Assembly (NCBI RefSeq): GCF_009914755.1
Contig: NC_060947.1
Origin: the human T2T-CHM13v2.0 reference genome, Homo sapiens
Length of the DNA: 64,000 bases
Reading direction: 5' to 3' (one strand)
The translations under genes and the position numbers were made by a program. This document shows, one piece after another, positions 25,660-36,180 of the stretch. Numbering within the stretch: position 1 is the first letter of the stretch; each line of letters opens with the position of its first letter. The notes beneath the pieces are model-generated. The model was not told where the DNA came from. It was given only the letters and a program-made list of their open reading frames with translations, and made no database searches.

Positions 25660-26130
25660 AACTCTCCCCAAAAAGCAGGACTTAGTCCACACGAGATGCT
25701 GTATGGATGGCCCTTCTTAACCAATGACTTTGTGCTTGACTGAGAGATGGCCAACTTAGTTGCAGACATCACCTCCTTAGCCAAATATCAACAAGTTCTT
25801 AAAACATTACAGGGAACCTGTCCCCGAGAGGAGGGAAAGGAATTTTTCCACCCTGGAGACATGGTATTAGTCAAGTCCCTTCCCTCTAATTCCCCATCCC
25901 TAGATACATCCTGGGAAGGACCCTACCCAGTCATTTTATCTACCCCAACCGTGGTTAAAGTGGCTGGAGTGGAGTCTTGGATACATCACACTCAAGTCAA
26001 ACCCTGGATACTACCAAACGAAACTGAAAATCCAGGAGACAACACTAGCTATTCCTGTGAACCTCTAGAGGATCTGCGCCTGCTCTTCAAGCGACAACCG
26101 TGAGGAAAGTAACTAGAATCGTAGATCCCC

Positions 26131-26418
26131 ATGGCCCTACCTTGTCATATTTTTCTTTTTACTGTTCTCTTACCCCCTTTCACTCTCACTGCTCCTTCTC
26201 CATGCTGCTGTACTACCAGTAGCTCCCCTTACCAAGAGCTTCTATGGAGAATGGAGCTTCCCAGAAATATTGATGCCCCATCGTATAGGGGTTTTTCTAA
26301 AGGAAACCCCACTTTCACCACCCACACCCATGTGCCCCTGCACTTCAGGCCATACATTTCAATCCCTGTATCTTTAACTTCCTTGTTAAGTTTGTCTCTT
26401 CCAGAATCAAAGCTGTAA
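26131..26418 (+). pseudogene. HERV-W env remnant ORF (95 aa: signal peptide plus SU N-terminus, two internal deletions)
   Basis: MALPCHIFLFTVLLPPFTLTAP closely matches the syncytin-1 N-terminus; PLHFRPYISIPV matches an internal SU peptide. Confidence 0.9.
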
Positions 26419-26662
26419 AACTACAAATTGTTCTTCAAATGGAGCCCAGATGCAGTCCATGACTAAGATCTACTTCGGACCCCTGGACCGGCCTGCTAGC
26501 CCATGCTCCAATGCTGATGACATCAAAGGCACCCCTCTGGAGGAAATCTCAACAGCTTGACCCCTACTATGCCCCAATATGCTCTAAATGCAGGAAGCAT
26601 TTAGAGCGGTCGTTGGCCAACCTCCCCAACAGCACTTGGGTTTTCCTGTTGAGACGGGGGAC

Positions 26663-26991
26663 TGAGAGACAGGACTAGCTGGAATTCCTAGGCCGACTAA
26701 GAATTCCTAAACCTAGGTGGGGAAGGTGACTGCACCCACCTTTAAACATGGGGCTTGTAACTCAGCTCACACCCCACCAACCAGGTAGTAAAGAGGGCTC
26801 ACTAAAATACGAATTGGGCTAAAAGCAGGAGGTAAAGAAATAGTCAAATCATCTATCATCTGAGAGCACAGGGAGAGAGACAATGATTGGGATATAAACC
26901 CCAGGCATTCGAGCTGGGTGGGGCAACCCCCTTTGGGTCCCCTCCCTTGTATAGGAGCTCTGTTTTAACTCTATTAAATCTTGCAACTGCA
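26663..26991 (+). mobile_element. LTR17 U3-R (3' LTR lacking U5)
   Basis: TGAGAGACAGGACTAGCTGG start after the polypurine tract; GATATAAA TATA-like box at ~26892; ATTAAA at 26973-26978. Confidence 0.92.
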
Positions 26992-26999
26992 AAAACAAG

Positions 27000-27570
27000 A
27001 AAGACTGGAGACAGAGCAGTGAATAAAATACCCATGATCATGGGACTAGCATTCTGGTGGAGGGACAGATGTCAACAAGAGTCAGATGAGTGACAGATGT
27101 GTTTCATCCATTAAGGTTCTCGTGGAGGCTGGAGCCTCTCCCTAACCTCAGCTTTACTGACACCAAACACAATTGCCCTCCTCCATTTTCTCCAGCATGC
27201 TCTTCAAATAGGATCATTTTCTCAGCGTGCCACGATGGAGAAAATGTTAGGAAGTCCTACACAAAGAAAATACACAGGTAATATCACAGTTATTGATATG
27301 AAGGAAGATAAAGCAAGGTCGGGAGAAGAAGAATAATGGCAGTGTGATTTTATGTACCTGGTAACAAAAGGCCTGTTCATGGAGGGAATTTTTGAGCAAA
27401 GCTCAGAATGAAGTGAGGAAGTAAGTCATGTGGATAGTTAGAACCTTCCAGACAGAGGGAACAGCAAGTGTAAATGTCCTGAGGAATGAGCATATTTAGT
27501 ATGCTAGAAGCACAGTAAAAAAGCCGGTGTGGTTAAAGAGTGAAAAAAGATGATAGAGATGTAAGTGAGA
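27000..27570 (-). mobile_element. L2 fragment (host continuation)
   Basis: CCAGACAGAGGGAACAGCAAGTGTAAATGTCCTGAGG. Confidence 0.7.
27080..27258 (-). mobile_element. Probable hAT-Charlie MITE remnant (MER117-like) inside L2
   Basis: Reverse complement starts CTTCCTAACATTTTCTCCATCGTGGCAC...GAAAATGAT; family assignment from memory. Confidence 0.4.
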
Positions 27571-27823
27571 TAACTATTGAATATCCTTTAGACAGAGAAA
27601 GCATAAAAGGGAACCAGTTTATACCAAACTCAGCAAGCTGAAGTCAAAAGAAACTGAGCCTTTTTTGATGGGGCATGAACTCTCCAGACCATTATAATAT
27701 TCACCTAATCAGTGTTTTTGTGTCATCTGCTTGGCTCTGGAACAGGTATTTAAGTTTAAAATCCAGGCTGTTTGTATGATATATACATCCACAAACAGCG
27801 ACTATTACTGAGTGATTTTTAAT

Positions 27824-28102
27824 TTCCTTCTCCTTCTTCTTCTTCTTCTTCTGCTTCTCTTCTCCTCCTCCTCCTACACCCCCTCCTCATCCCCCTTCTT
27901 CTCCTTCTCCTTCTTCTCCTTCTCCTCTTTCTTCTGCTTCTGCTTCTTCTGCTTCTGCTTCTCTTCTCCTCCTCCTCCTACACCCCCTTCTCATCCCCCT
28001 TCTTCTCCTTCTTCTCCTTCTTCTCTTTCTTCTCCTTCTCCTCCTTTTTCTTCTTCTTTCTTCTTCTTCTTTTTTCTTCTTCTTCTTCTTTCTTCTTCTT
28101 CC
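27824..28102. repeat. Compound (CTT/CCT)n polypyrimidine microsatellite, ~280 bp
   Basis: Read directly; adjoins the tail of a reverse Alu monomer. Confidence 0.95.
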
Positions 28103-28211
28103 TGATAGAGTCTTGCTCTGTCACCCAGGCTGGAGTGCAGTGGCAAAATCATAGCTCACTGCAGCTTCGAACTCCTTGGCTCAAGGATCCTACTGCCTTA
28201 GCCTCTGGAGT
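28103..28211 (-). mobile_element. Truncated AluJ/FLAM monomer
   Basis: GAGTCTTGCTCTGTCACCCAGGCTGGAGTGCAGTGG...ATCATAGCTCACTGCAGC. Confidence 0.9.
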
Positions 28212-28639
28212 ATAATTTTTCTCTTGAAAGGTTTACTTTCCAAATTTTTACAAAGAGCATGGTCTTTTTGTTGTTGTTTGTTTGTTTACAATGAGAACAA
28301 CAAAAATTAAATTGGTTTTGAAAGAATTGACTGAAAGTCTACCCAAAGAGGAAAAGACAATTTAGGATTCCATGCCACCTTGGCCAAGAAAACTCCTTGA
28401 AAATAAAGGTGGTTGGAGATGTCATTGTTCTTTTCAGCTCAAGGCAGCCAGAGAAATGTGGAGGAGAGACTATAGGGGTGAAGTGGTTCTAGGTTCAAGT
28501 TGAGCTGAAGCTGGAGTCCTCTCCTTGTGGTCTTAGCATATGCCCCTCTGAGTCAAGCAGCCACCATGTCTCAAGGAAAGCAACACATGTCACAGGAGAT
28601 TTAACAGGCTCAAAGACCAGGAGGCACAAATAGCAGCCA

Positions 28640-28850
28640 GTTTTCAAAATTGTCAAAATGCAAGCTGATCCTCTCACTCCTGGCTCAAAATTCTTCCATG
28701 GCTTCCCATCTATTGCATCTAGAATAAAATCCAAACTCTTTCAGAGCTTACAAAGTCGTGCATGATCTGGACCCCGCTTACCTCCGTGGTTTCATCCCTT
28801 CCTATTCTCCCTCTTGCCTACCAGGACCTTTCCACCCTGAAGATATTTGT
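28640..28850 (+). mobile_element. L2 fragment
   Basis: AAAATTCTTCCATGGCTTCCCAT...AGAATAAAATCCAAACTC. Confidence 0.75.
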
Positions 28851-28864
28851 TTCCTCTTTCCACC

Positions 28865-29750
28865 TGTTACAGATTGGGTTCTCCTAGAAATAGACCCTGA
28901 GGCAGGGTTTAGCATGCAGGCTATTCATGAAGGGGTCAACACCCATGGAGGTAGGAGATTCAAGCAGATGTGGGCAGAGGGAGAAATCCAAGCTTCAGTG
29001 CCAGCCCAGGTGACCTGATGAGGCACTCTGAAGTTAGAATGGCCCTTCAGGATTGTTCAAAGTTGGGACAAGATGATGAGAACTTTGTACCCCTGCCTCT
29101 GTCAATCATTGGGGATGGACCACCTTGAGCAGGGACGTAGCCTCTGGGGTGGTGATTCTCTGAAGCTGAGGCAGCCCCTGTATGCACTGGCAGCTGGAGG
29201 CTGTTTGCTGGCAGCACTCCCAGCAGCTGGGGCAATAAGACCTTCCTTAAAGGGAGTGTTATAGGTTGAATTGTCTCTGCCAAAAAACAAAAAAAAATGA
29301 TATGTGGAAGTCCTAACCCCCAGCACCTCAGAGTGTGGCCTTATTTGGAAATAGTCTTTACAGAGGTGATCAAGTTAAAATGAGCTCATTAGAATGGGCC
29401 TAATCCAATATGACTGATGTATTTATTAAAAAGGGAAATTTGAACACAGATGCACAGAGTAAAGATGAGGCAACAAGACACAGAAAGAACACCATAAGAA
29501 GACAGAGGGAAAACCAAGGAGTACTAAAGATTGCCGGCAAACCACCAGAGGCTAGGAGAGAGGCATGGAACAGATTCTCCCTCACAGCCCTCAGAATAAA
29601 CCAACCCTGCCAACACCTTGATCTTGGACTTCTACCCTCCAGAACTGTGAGACAATACATTTCTGTTATTTTAAGCCACGCAGTGTGTGATAATTTGTTA
29701 CTGCAGCCTCCAGAAAGGAATCCAGGGAGCTCTGGGCAGCACATTACACA
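28865..29750 (-). mobile_element. LTR33-like solo LTR split by MLT1
   Basis: Resembles 3167-3601; resumes after the MLT1 with CTGGGCAGCACATTACA. Confidence 0.75.
29257..29724 (+). mobile_element. MLT1B/C solo LTR
   Basis: TGTTATAGGTTGAATTGT...CA; perfect 5-bp TSD GGGAG (29252-29256, 29725-29729). Confidence 0.9.
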
Positions 29751-29899
29751 GTGAATACCTCATCTTACACATTCCCATATGCTCTATGGAGATGATATGC
29801 TGAGTGCTTTTTCTTTAACTACTTTCTTTCATCTCTCTTGGTCATTCTAGTGATTGTCTGTTTCTGCTGAAGTGGTGCAGTAGGATTGATGCCCCCTAG

Positions 29900-30050
29900 A
29901 TGTTTGTCAGTCACCCTGACACTAGAACTCTGTACTCCCTGGGCCAGATGCTCCACCTATTTCTGTTAGTACATTACTAGATCTCCAGTCTGTCGTGTAA
30001 TAGGTGCTCAGCAAAACTGTGTTTGTGAACAAATAAATCAATTAATGAAT
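29900..30050 (+). mobile_element. L2 3' end
   Basis: TAGGTGCTCAGCAAAA...TGAA tail. Confidence 0.6.
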
Positions 30051-30052
30051 GT

Positions 30053-30112
30053 TGAATATTCATGTACATGTGAACACTCAATAATGAATATTCATGTACA
30101 TGTGAACACTCA
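30053..30112. repeat. Tandem duplication, 28-bp exact unit with period 32
   Basis: TGAATATTCATGTACATGTGAACACTCA at 30053-30080 and 30085-30112. Confidence 0.95.
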
Positions 30113-30574
30113 GTGATGTCTGAAAGTCAGCTAAGGGGTTGCTTTGTGGAACTGGGCTGGAGTCAGAACTAGAAGAAGCACATCAAGTTTAGAAGCTGAG
30201 AATAGAAAGGTATCTGTCCTACAATAGCAATGCTGGGGACCAGGAATGAACTGAGGAATCTGGAAACCGGACTACATAAAAGGCAAATTTAAAAAGCGTC
30301 AGATCAAAACAGTGACTGAGAGGCAGGTATAAGGAAGAACATGAGGATATGGAAATACACAGATACTGGAGAGCAGGGCGGCGTCGGGAGTCTCACTCAG
30401 ACAGGTAACAGAGGCTTGTATTTTCCAACATAAAGAAGTTAAAATCAGAAACCAAAAGCTCAGGAGATTCCGTGTGTTGGGAACACAGCAAATGACACGA
30501 GCAGTAGTGGAGTCTTTTGCACTCTTGAAACCGAGGCAGTCTTTCACCTAAGCCAGAAAATAGGACCATAAGGT

Positions 30575-30710
30575 GTTGAAGTTAGACTTTGATCCCTCTG
30601 CCAGCTCTGCCATTTGCTAGTTGGGGGACCTAAGGTAGAGAAGTTTTAAAACACTTCTGAGTCTCAGTTTTCTCTTGAACGATATGCATGTAAAAATGGC
30701 TAACTGACGG
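30575..30710 (+). mobile_element. MIR fragment
   Basis: CCAGCTCTGCCATTTGCTAG...TCTGAGTCTCAGTTTTCTC. Confidence 0.6.
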
Positions 30711-31049
30711 TGTTTACTAAATGTGACTTGCTTTCCTTTATGTGCCTCCTGCAAAGGTCAGAGCTGTTTGTTGGGCATCATGTACATGGTAGACAAAAGC
30801 AAGCACTTTAGGGAATTGGTGAGAAATAATAATTAGTGGCAATGGGGTATATCAAGGCAGGGTGATGGCAGCTCCCTCCAAGTGGAGAAGCTACCCTCTC
30901 AGGGACTTTCCTTGCTTAGGGAATCTGAAATCAAACCAGGCAACCTAGAGTGGTTTCAGTCTATGCCTCATTCTAAGAGCCATTCTGGAAGAAATAGAAC
31001 TTTCTAACATATTGTGATATAACTCTTCCTTCTCTCCATCCTAATGCCT

Positions 31050-31170
31050 CCAAAAGCCCTGTATTGCTTCACATATGCCTGCTTCTCATTATAAGGGAGC
31101 ATGTTTGTATTCCTCACAGCATCTAGCACATTACCTTGCACATAAAAGTTGCTCGGTAAATGTTGAATTA
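31050..31170 (+). mobile_element. L2 3' end
   Basis: TCTAGCACATTACCTTGCACATAAAAGTTGCTCGGTAAATGTTG. Confidence 0.65.
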
Positions 31171-31261
31171 TCCAATGTTGCTCTTGTTGCATAGGCCCCT
31201 ATCTTACAAGCTTCTGTGACCATGGCAGTTATAATATCAAGAATTTTTTTTAAATAAAACC

Positions 31262-31770
31262 TTGACTTTCATTTCTGGTCAAATTGGACTAACTAAGGCC
31301 ATATTTACTCTTCCTCTTGAAACAACTAGAAAACTATAAAACCATATAAAACAATAAGTCTCGAGATATTAGAGACCAGGCAATGGTGAACTGTGACTCA
31401 TCCCTAATAGATGGGAAACAACCAAGGTAAATCCTGCAATTACCAGTTTATTTCTTGGAAAGGGATTCCAGCATGTGGGGTGGTCACCCTGAGTTGAGGA
31501 GAAAGAACAAGGAGTCCAGGGAGGTGCAAGGTTGCTAGAGTCCACAGGACAGAGTACCAGACAGAAGAGAACTGGACACAGAGAGAGCTCCAGAGGTTTA
31601 CAGATGGATCCCTTGAGTATTTAGCTGAGTAGTGATCAGCACGTGCTTGTGAAGAAACTACCCAAGACCAAATAAAGAACCACTTAACAGATAGGAGGAG
31701 ACAATCTCCAAACCTCATGCAGAACAAAAAATAGTCCTTGTTCCCACCAGACAGAGTAGAAAACCTCATA
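31262..31770 (+). mobile_element. L1M (L1MD/MC-type) 5' UTR fragment
   Basis: Clearly homologous to 57890-58500, which leads into L1 ORF1. Confidence 0.75.
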
Positions 31771-31771
31771 C

Positions 31772-32325
31772 ATGGTAGTGGGCTAAATGATGATCCTCTA
31801 ACGATGTCTATGCCGTGATACCCAGAACCCATGAATTTGTTACATGGCAAAAGGGACTTTGCAGATGTGATTACATTAAGGGCCTTGAGAGGAGGGGTGA
31901 TTGCATTAAGGGTCTTGAGAGGGAATTATCCTGGATTAATCTGAATGGGTCCAATGTAATCACAAGGGTCCCTCTAAGAGGGAGATAGGAAGGTCAGTCA
32001 GAGAAGATGTCACAATGGAAGTAGAGGCCAGAGAGGGAGGGAGAGAGAGAGACAGACTGGAAGATGCTGTGTTGCTTACTTTGAATATGGAGGAAGAGCC
32101 CACAAGCCAAGGAATGCAGGCACCCTGTAGAAACTGAAAAAGACAAGGAAACAGATTCTCCCCTCAGAGCCTCCAGAAGGAACCCCAGCCCTGCTGACAT
32201 TTGACTGAAGCCCAGTTAGATCGATTTTTAAACTCTTGAGCTCCCAAACTATAAGATAATAAAACTGTGTTGTTTTAAGCCACTAAATTTGTGGAAATTT
32301 CTTATAGCAGCAACAAGACAAGAAA
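31772..32325 (+). mobile_element. MLT1D-like LTR
   Basis: ACATGGCAAAAGGGACTTTGCAGATGTGATT...TTTAAGCCACTAAATTTGTGG; small internal tandem duplication at ~31866-31921. Confidence 0.85.
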
Positions 32326-32527
32326 GACAAATAAAAGCTGCCCAGATTAGAAATACTTTTTATTTATAGGCAATATGATCAAGTATGAACAACCTTATGA
32401 TATTTCCCAAAACCTGGTAAGCATTGATGGGCCAGTGAATTTAATAAGATTGTAGGATAGAAGATCAATATTCAAAAACTAATTGTATGTCTATGTTATA
32501 GTAAAAAAAAATTGAAAATTAAAATTC

Positions 32528-32903
<376 letters not shown>

Positions 32904-32968
32904 TCAATAAATGCAGAGATATACTGTGCATAGACTTATTAGTCTACTCAATAATAAGAAAAAAATTT

Positions 32969-33270
32969 AGGTTGGGCATGATGGTTCATGCCTATAATTC
33001 CAGCACTTTGGGAGGCCAAGGCAAGAGGATTTCTAGGAGTTTGAGGCCAGCCTAGGCAACATAGTGAGACCCCCATCTCTACAAAAACATTAAAAAAATT
33101 AAAAGCCAGGTGTAGTGGTGCACAGCTGTGGTCCCAGGTACTCAGGAGGCTGAGCAGGAGGATGCCTTTTAGGCCCAGGAGGTCAAGGCTGAAGTGAGCC
33201 ATGTTTGCGCCACTGCACTCCAGCCTGGGTGACAGAGTGAGACTCTATCTCAAAAAAAGAAAAGAAAAAA
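32969..33270 (+). mobile_element. AluJ
   Basis: Diverged dimer with J-type positions (GGCAACATAGTGAGACCCC). Confidence 0.9.
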
Positions 33271-33516
33271 TTTTGAATAAAAATGGGCACAAGATTTAAA
33301 CAGACACTTTAACAATTAAGATGGTGAATGGCAAATAAGCACATGAAAATATGCTCAACACCATTCACAGTTGTGGAAATGGAAATTAAAATCATAATGG
33401 GATACCACCACACACCTAGTAGATGGCTAAAATTAAAAAGACCAACCATATCAAATCTTGGCAAAGATGTTGAGCTACAGGAACTCTTATATACTGCTGA
33501 TGGTAATGTGAAACAG

Positions 33517-33947
33517 TGACAGAGGCAGGCGGCAGACAAATGCCTAGGCAGATCAGGAAGGGTCCCTGGAGAATCTCTGACCCACCCCACAAGTGTTTAT
33601 ACCAGATGTTTTTGTGCAGATAAGGGAACCTGCACAGGGTCTTGCCTGGGCATGCTCACAGTGGACTGGAGGCCCAAATGCACTGTGGGAATGGGGTAGA
33701 GCTACCAGGAATTCAGGCCCTATGCAGTGGAGGAGCCTGGTCTCTTCAGCTCATGTGTGGTGGCCTGGTATTCAGTCTGTGAGGTGAGAGCCTGCTGGTG
33801 GAACCCCCTCTTTTTGCTGACAGCTTTCTTTTCACTCAATAAATTCCATCCTCTTCACCCTTCAATGTGTCCATGTGCCTAATTTTTCCTGGTTGTGAGA
33901 CAAGAACCTGCATTTAGCTGAACTAAGGAGCAAAAAATCTGCCATCG
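33517..33947 (+). mobile_element. ERV1 solo LTR (MER50/MER61/MER83 group)
   Basis: TGACAGAGGCAGG start, AATAAA at 33838, TTAGCTGAACTAAGGAGCAAAA end; 4-bp near-TSD ACAG/ATAG; host L1 resumes colinearly. Confidence 0.8.
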
Positions 33948-35569
33948 ATAGTACAACCCTCTTAGAAAACAGTTTGGCATAATGTTAAACATACACTTAC
34001 TATATGGCTCAGCTATTCTACTCCTAAGTATTTACCCAAGAGATATGAAAGCATATGGCCATGCAAAGATATGTACATGAATGCTTATGGCAGCTGTATC
34101 TGTAATAGCCCCAAAGTAGAATCAATCTAAATGTCCATCGACAGAAGAATGGATGAATAAATTTTGGTATACCCATACAATGAAATACTACTCAGTAAAC
34201 AAATGCAATAAACTTTTGATACAAACAACATGGATGAATCTCAAAATAATTATACTGAGCAAAAAAAAAAAAAAGACAAACAAGAAATTACATATTGTAT
34301 AATTCTGTTTTACAGTAAATTCAAGACAATGCAAACTAATCCATATGACAGGAAGCAGATCAATGGTTGCCTGGGGATACAGTTTAGGAGACTGGAGGGA
34401 ATGGCATGATTATGGATTGCAAAAGAGCATGAGAAAGCTTTTGCAGATGATAGATATGTCCATTATCTTAATTGTGGTAATGTTTTCATGGATGTGTACA
34501 TATGGCAAAACTTATAAAACTGTACGTTAAATATGTGAAGTTAATTATATGTCATTATATATAAAAAAACTGTTCAAAAATATAACACCTCAAGATATTG
34601 TAAGAGAAAACCCCATTTACAAAATCAACAAAAAATTAAATATCTTGGAATAAATTCAACATGAACATTTTAAATCTTATATGAGGAAAATTTTAAACAC
34701 TCCTGAAAGATACAAAAGTAGACTTGAACAAATGGAATGGCATCCATTTGCTTTTAAATATGTTCAACAATATAACATTATTTCCTAGGGTAATTCAGAA
34801 ATACAATGCAATCCCAATATAAATAAGTTACTTTATGGGGTTGGACAAATTGATACTAAAGTTTATTAGGAGAATAAAACAAGAATGGCCAGATAAACAC
34901 TAGGGGGAAAAAAACTAACTTATTAGTCGATAAACACACTCTAAGGGTCTATAATTAAAACAATGTGGTGCTGGCATATGAATAGACAAATAGATCAGTG
35001 AAATAAAATACACTTTCTGTCCATAAATAGACCCAATTATATGTTAAAATTTAGTACATGTTAAAGGTCTGGCCTTGCAAATCACTAGGGTAAAGATGGA
35101 CGTTTTAATAAATGGTGCTTAGAAAATGGAGTAGCCATTTTGAAAAAGACAAACAGAAACATTCATCATACCATAAATACCATCCACAAAAATAAACTCC
35201 AATGGATCGAGACTCTACATATAAAAATGCAGCGTCATATAAGTACTATAAGGAAACATAAATGTTTATCCTTGGTATAGGAAAAAGCTTTCTAACTATG
35301 ACTCAGAATGAAGAGTCAGTAAAAGAAAAGATCAATAAATCTGAGTACATGATACTAAAATGTTTTTGCATGTCAAAAAGTTCACAAAGTCGAAAGACAA
35401 CTGACAAACTGAGAGAAACATTCACAATATATGCCACAAAGACTAATATCTTTAATATAAAAATTACTAAAAATTGAGGGAGAATTTCAAAATATACAGT
35501 GCATCATTAATATCTACATTATGTCAATTAAAAATGAAATTTGAAAATAAACTAATAAAAATAATTTTT

Positions 35570-36040
<471 letters not shown>

Positions 36041-36124
36041 TTTTTTTAAATCATGGGAGAAAAAAATAGAAAAATAGTAAAAAAAAAAAAGAGTATACAA
36101 TTAATAACAATAGCAACTACCACT

Positions 36125-36138
36125 GTGTATATATGTGT

Positions 36139-36177
<39 letters not shown>

Positions 36178-36180
36178 TGT
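36125..36180. repeat. (TG)n microsatellite
   Basis: Read directly. Confidence 0.95.

Larger units (their letters stand above)
24146..26999 (+). mobile_element. HERV-W (HERV17) processed pseudogene, 5'-truncated in gag, L1-mobilised
   Basis: gag NC knuckle CPFCQRNHWKAHC, pro LDTG, RNase H and IN, syncytin-like env start, PPT, LTR17 U3-R ending ATTAAA...GCAACTGC plus A tail with no U5; 16-bp TSD AAAGACTGG(G/A)GACAGA (24130-24145, 27000-27015). Confidence 0.95.

Noticed and set aside
26131-26418. Calling this syncytin-1 (ERVW-1)
   Set aside because: Env is mostly deleted, differs in sequence and lacks a 5' LTR; it is a paralogous retrocopy.
27812-28105. Leu/Ser/Phe/Pro-rich ORF resembling a signal or membrane peptide
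   Set aside because: Translation of a pyrimidine microsatellite.
30053-30112. CRISPR-like 28-bp palindromic direct repeat
   Set aside because: Only two copies, a 4-nt spacer, no cas genes, eukaryotic DNA.
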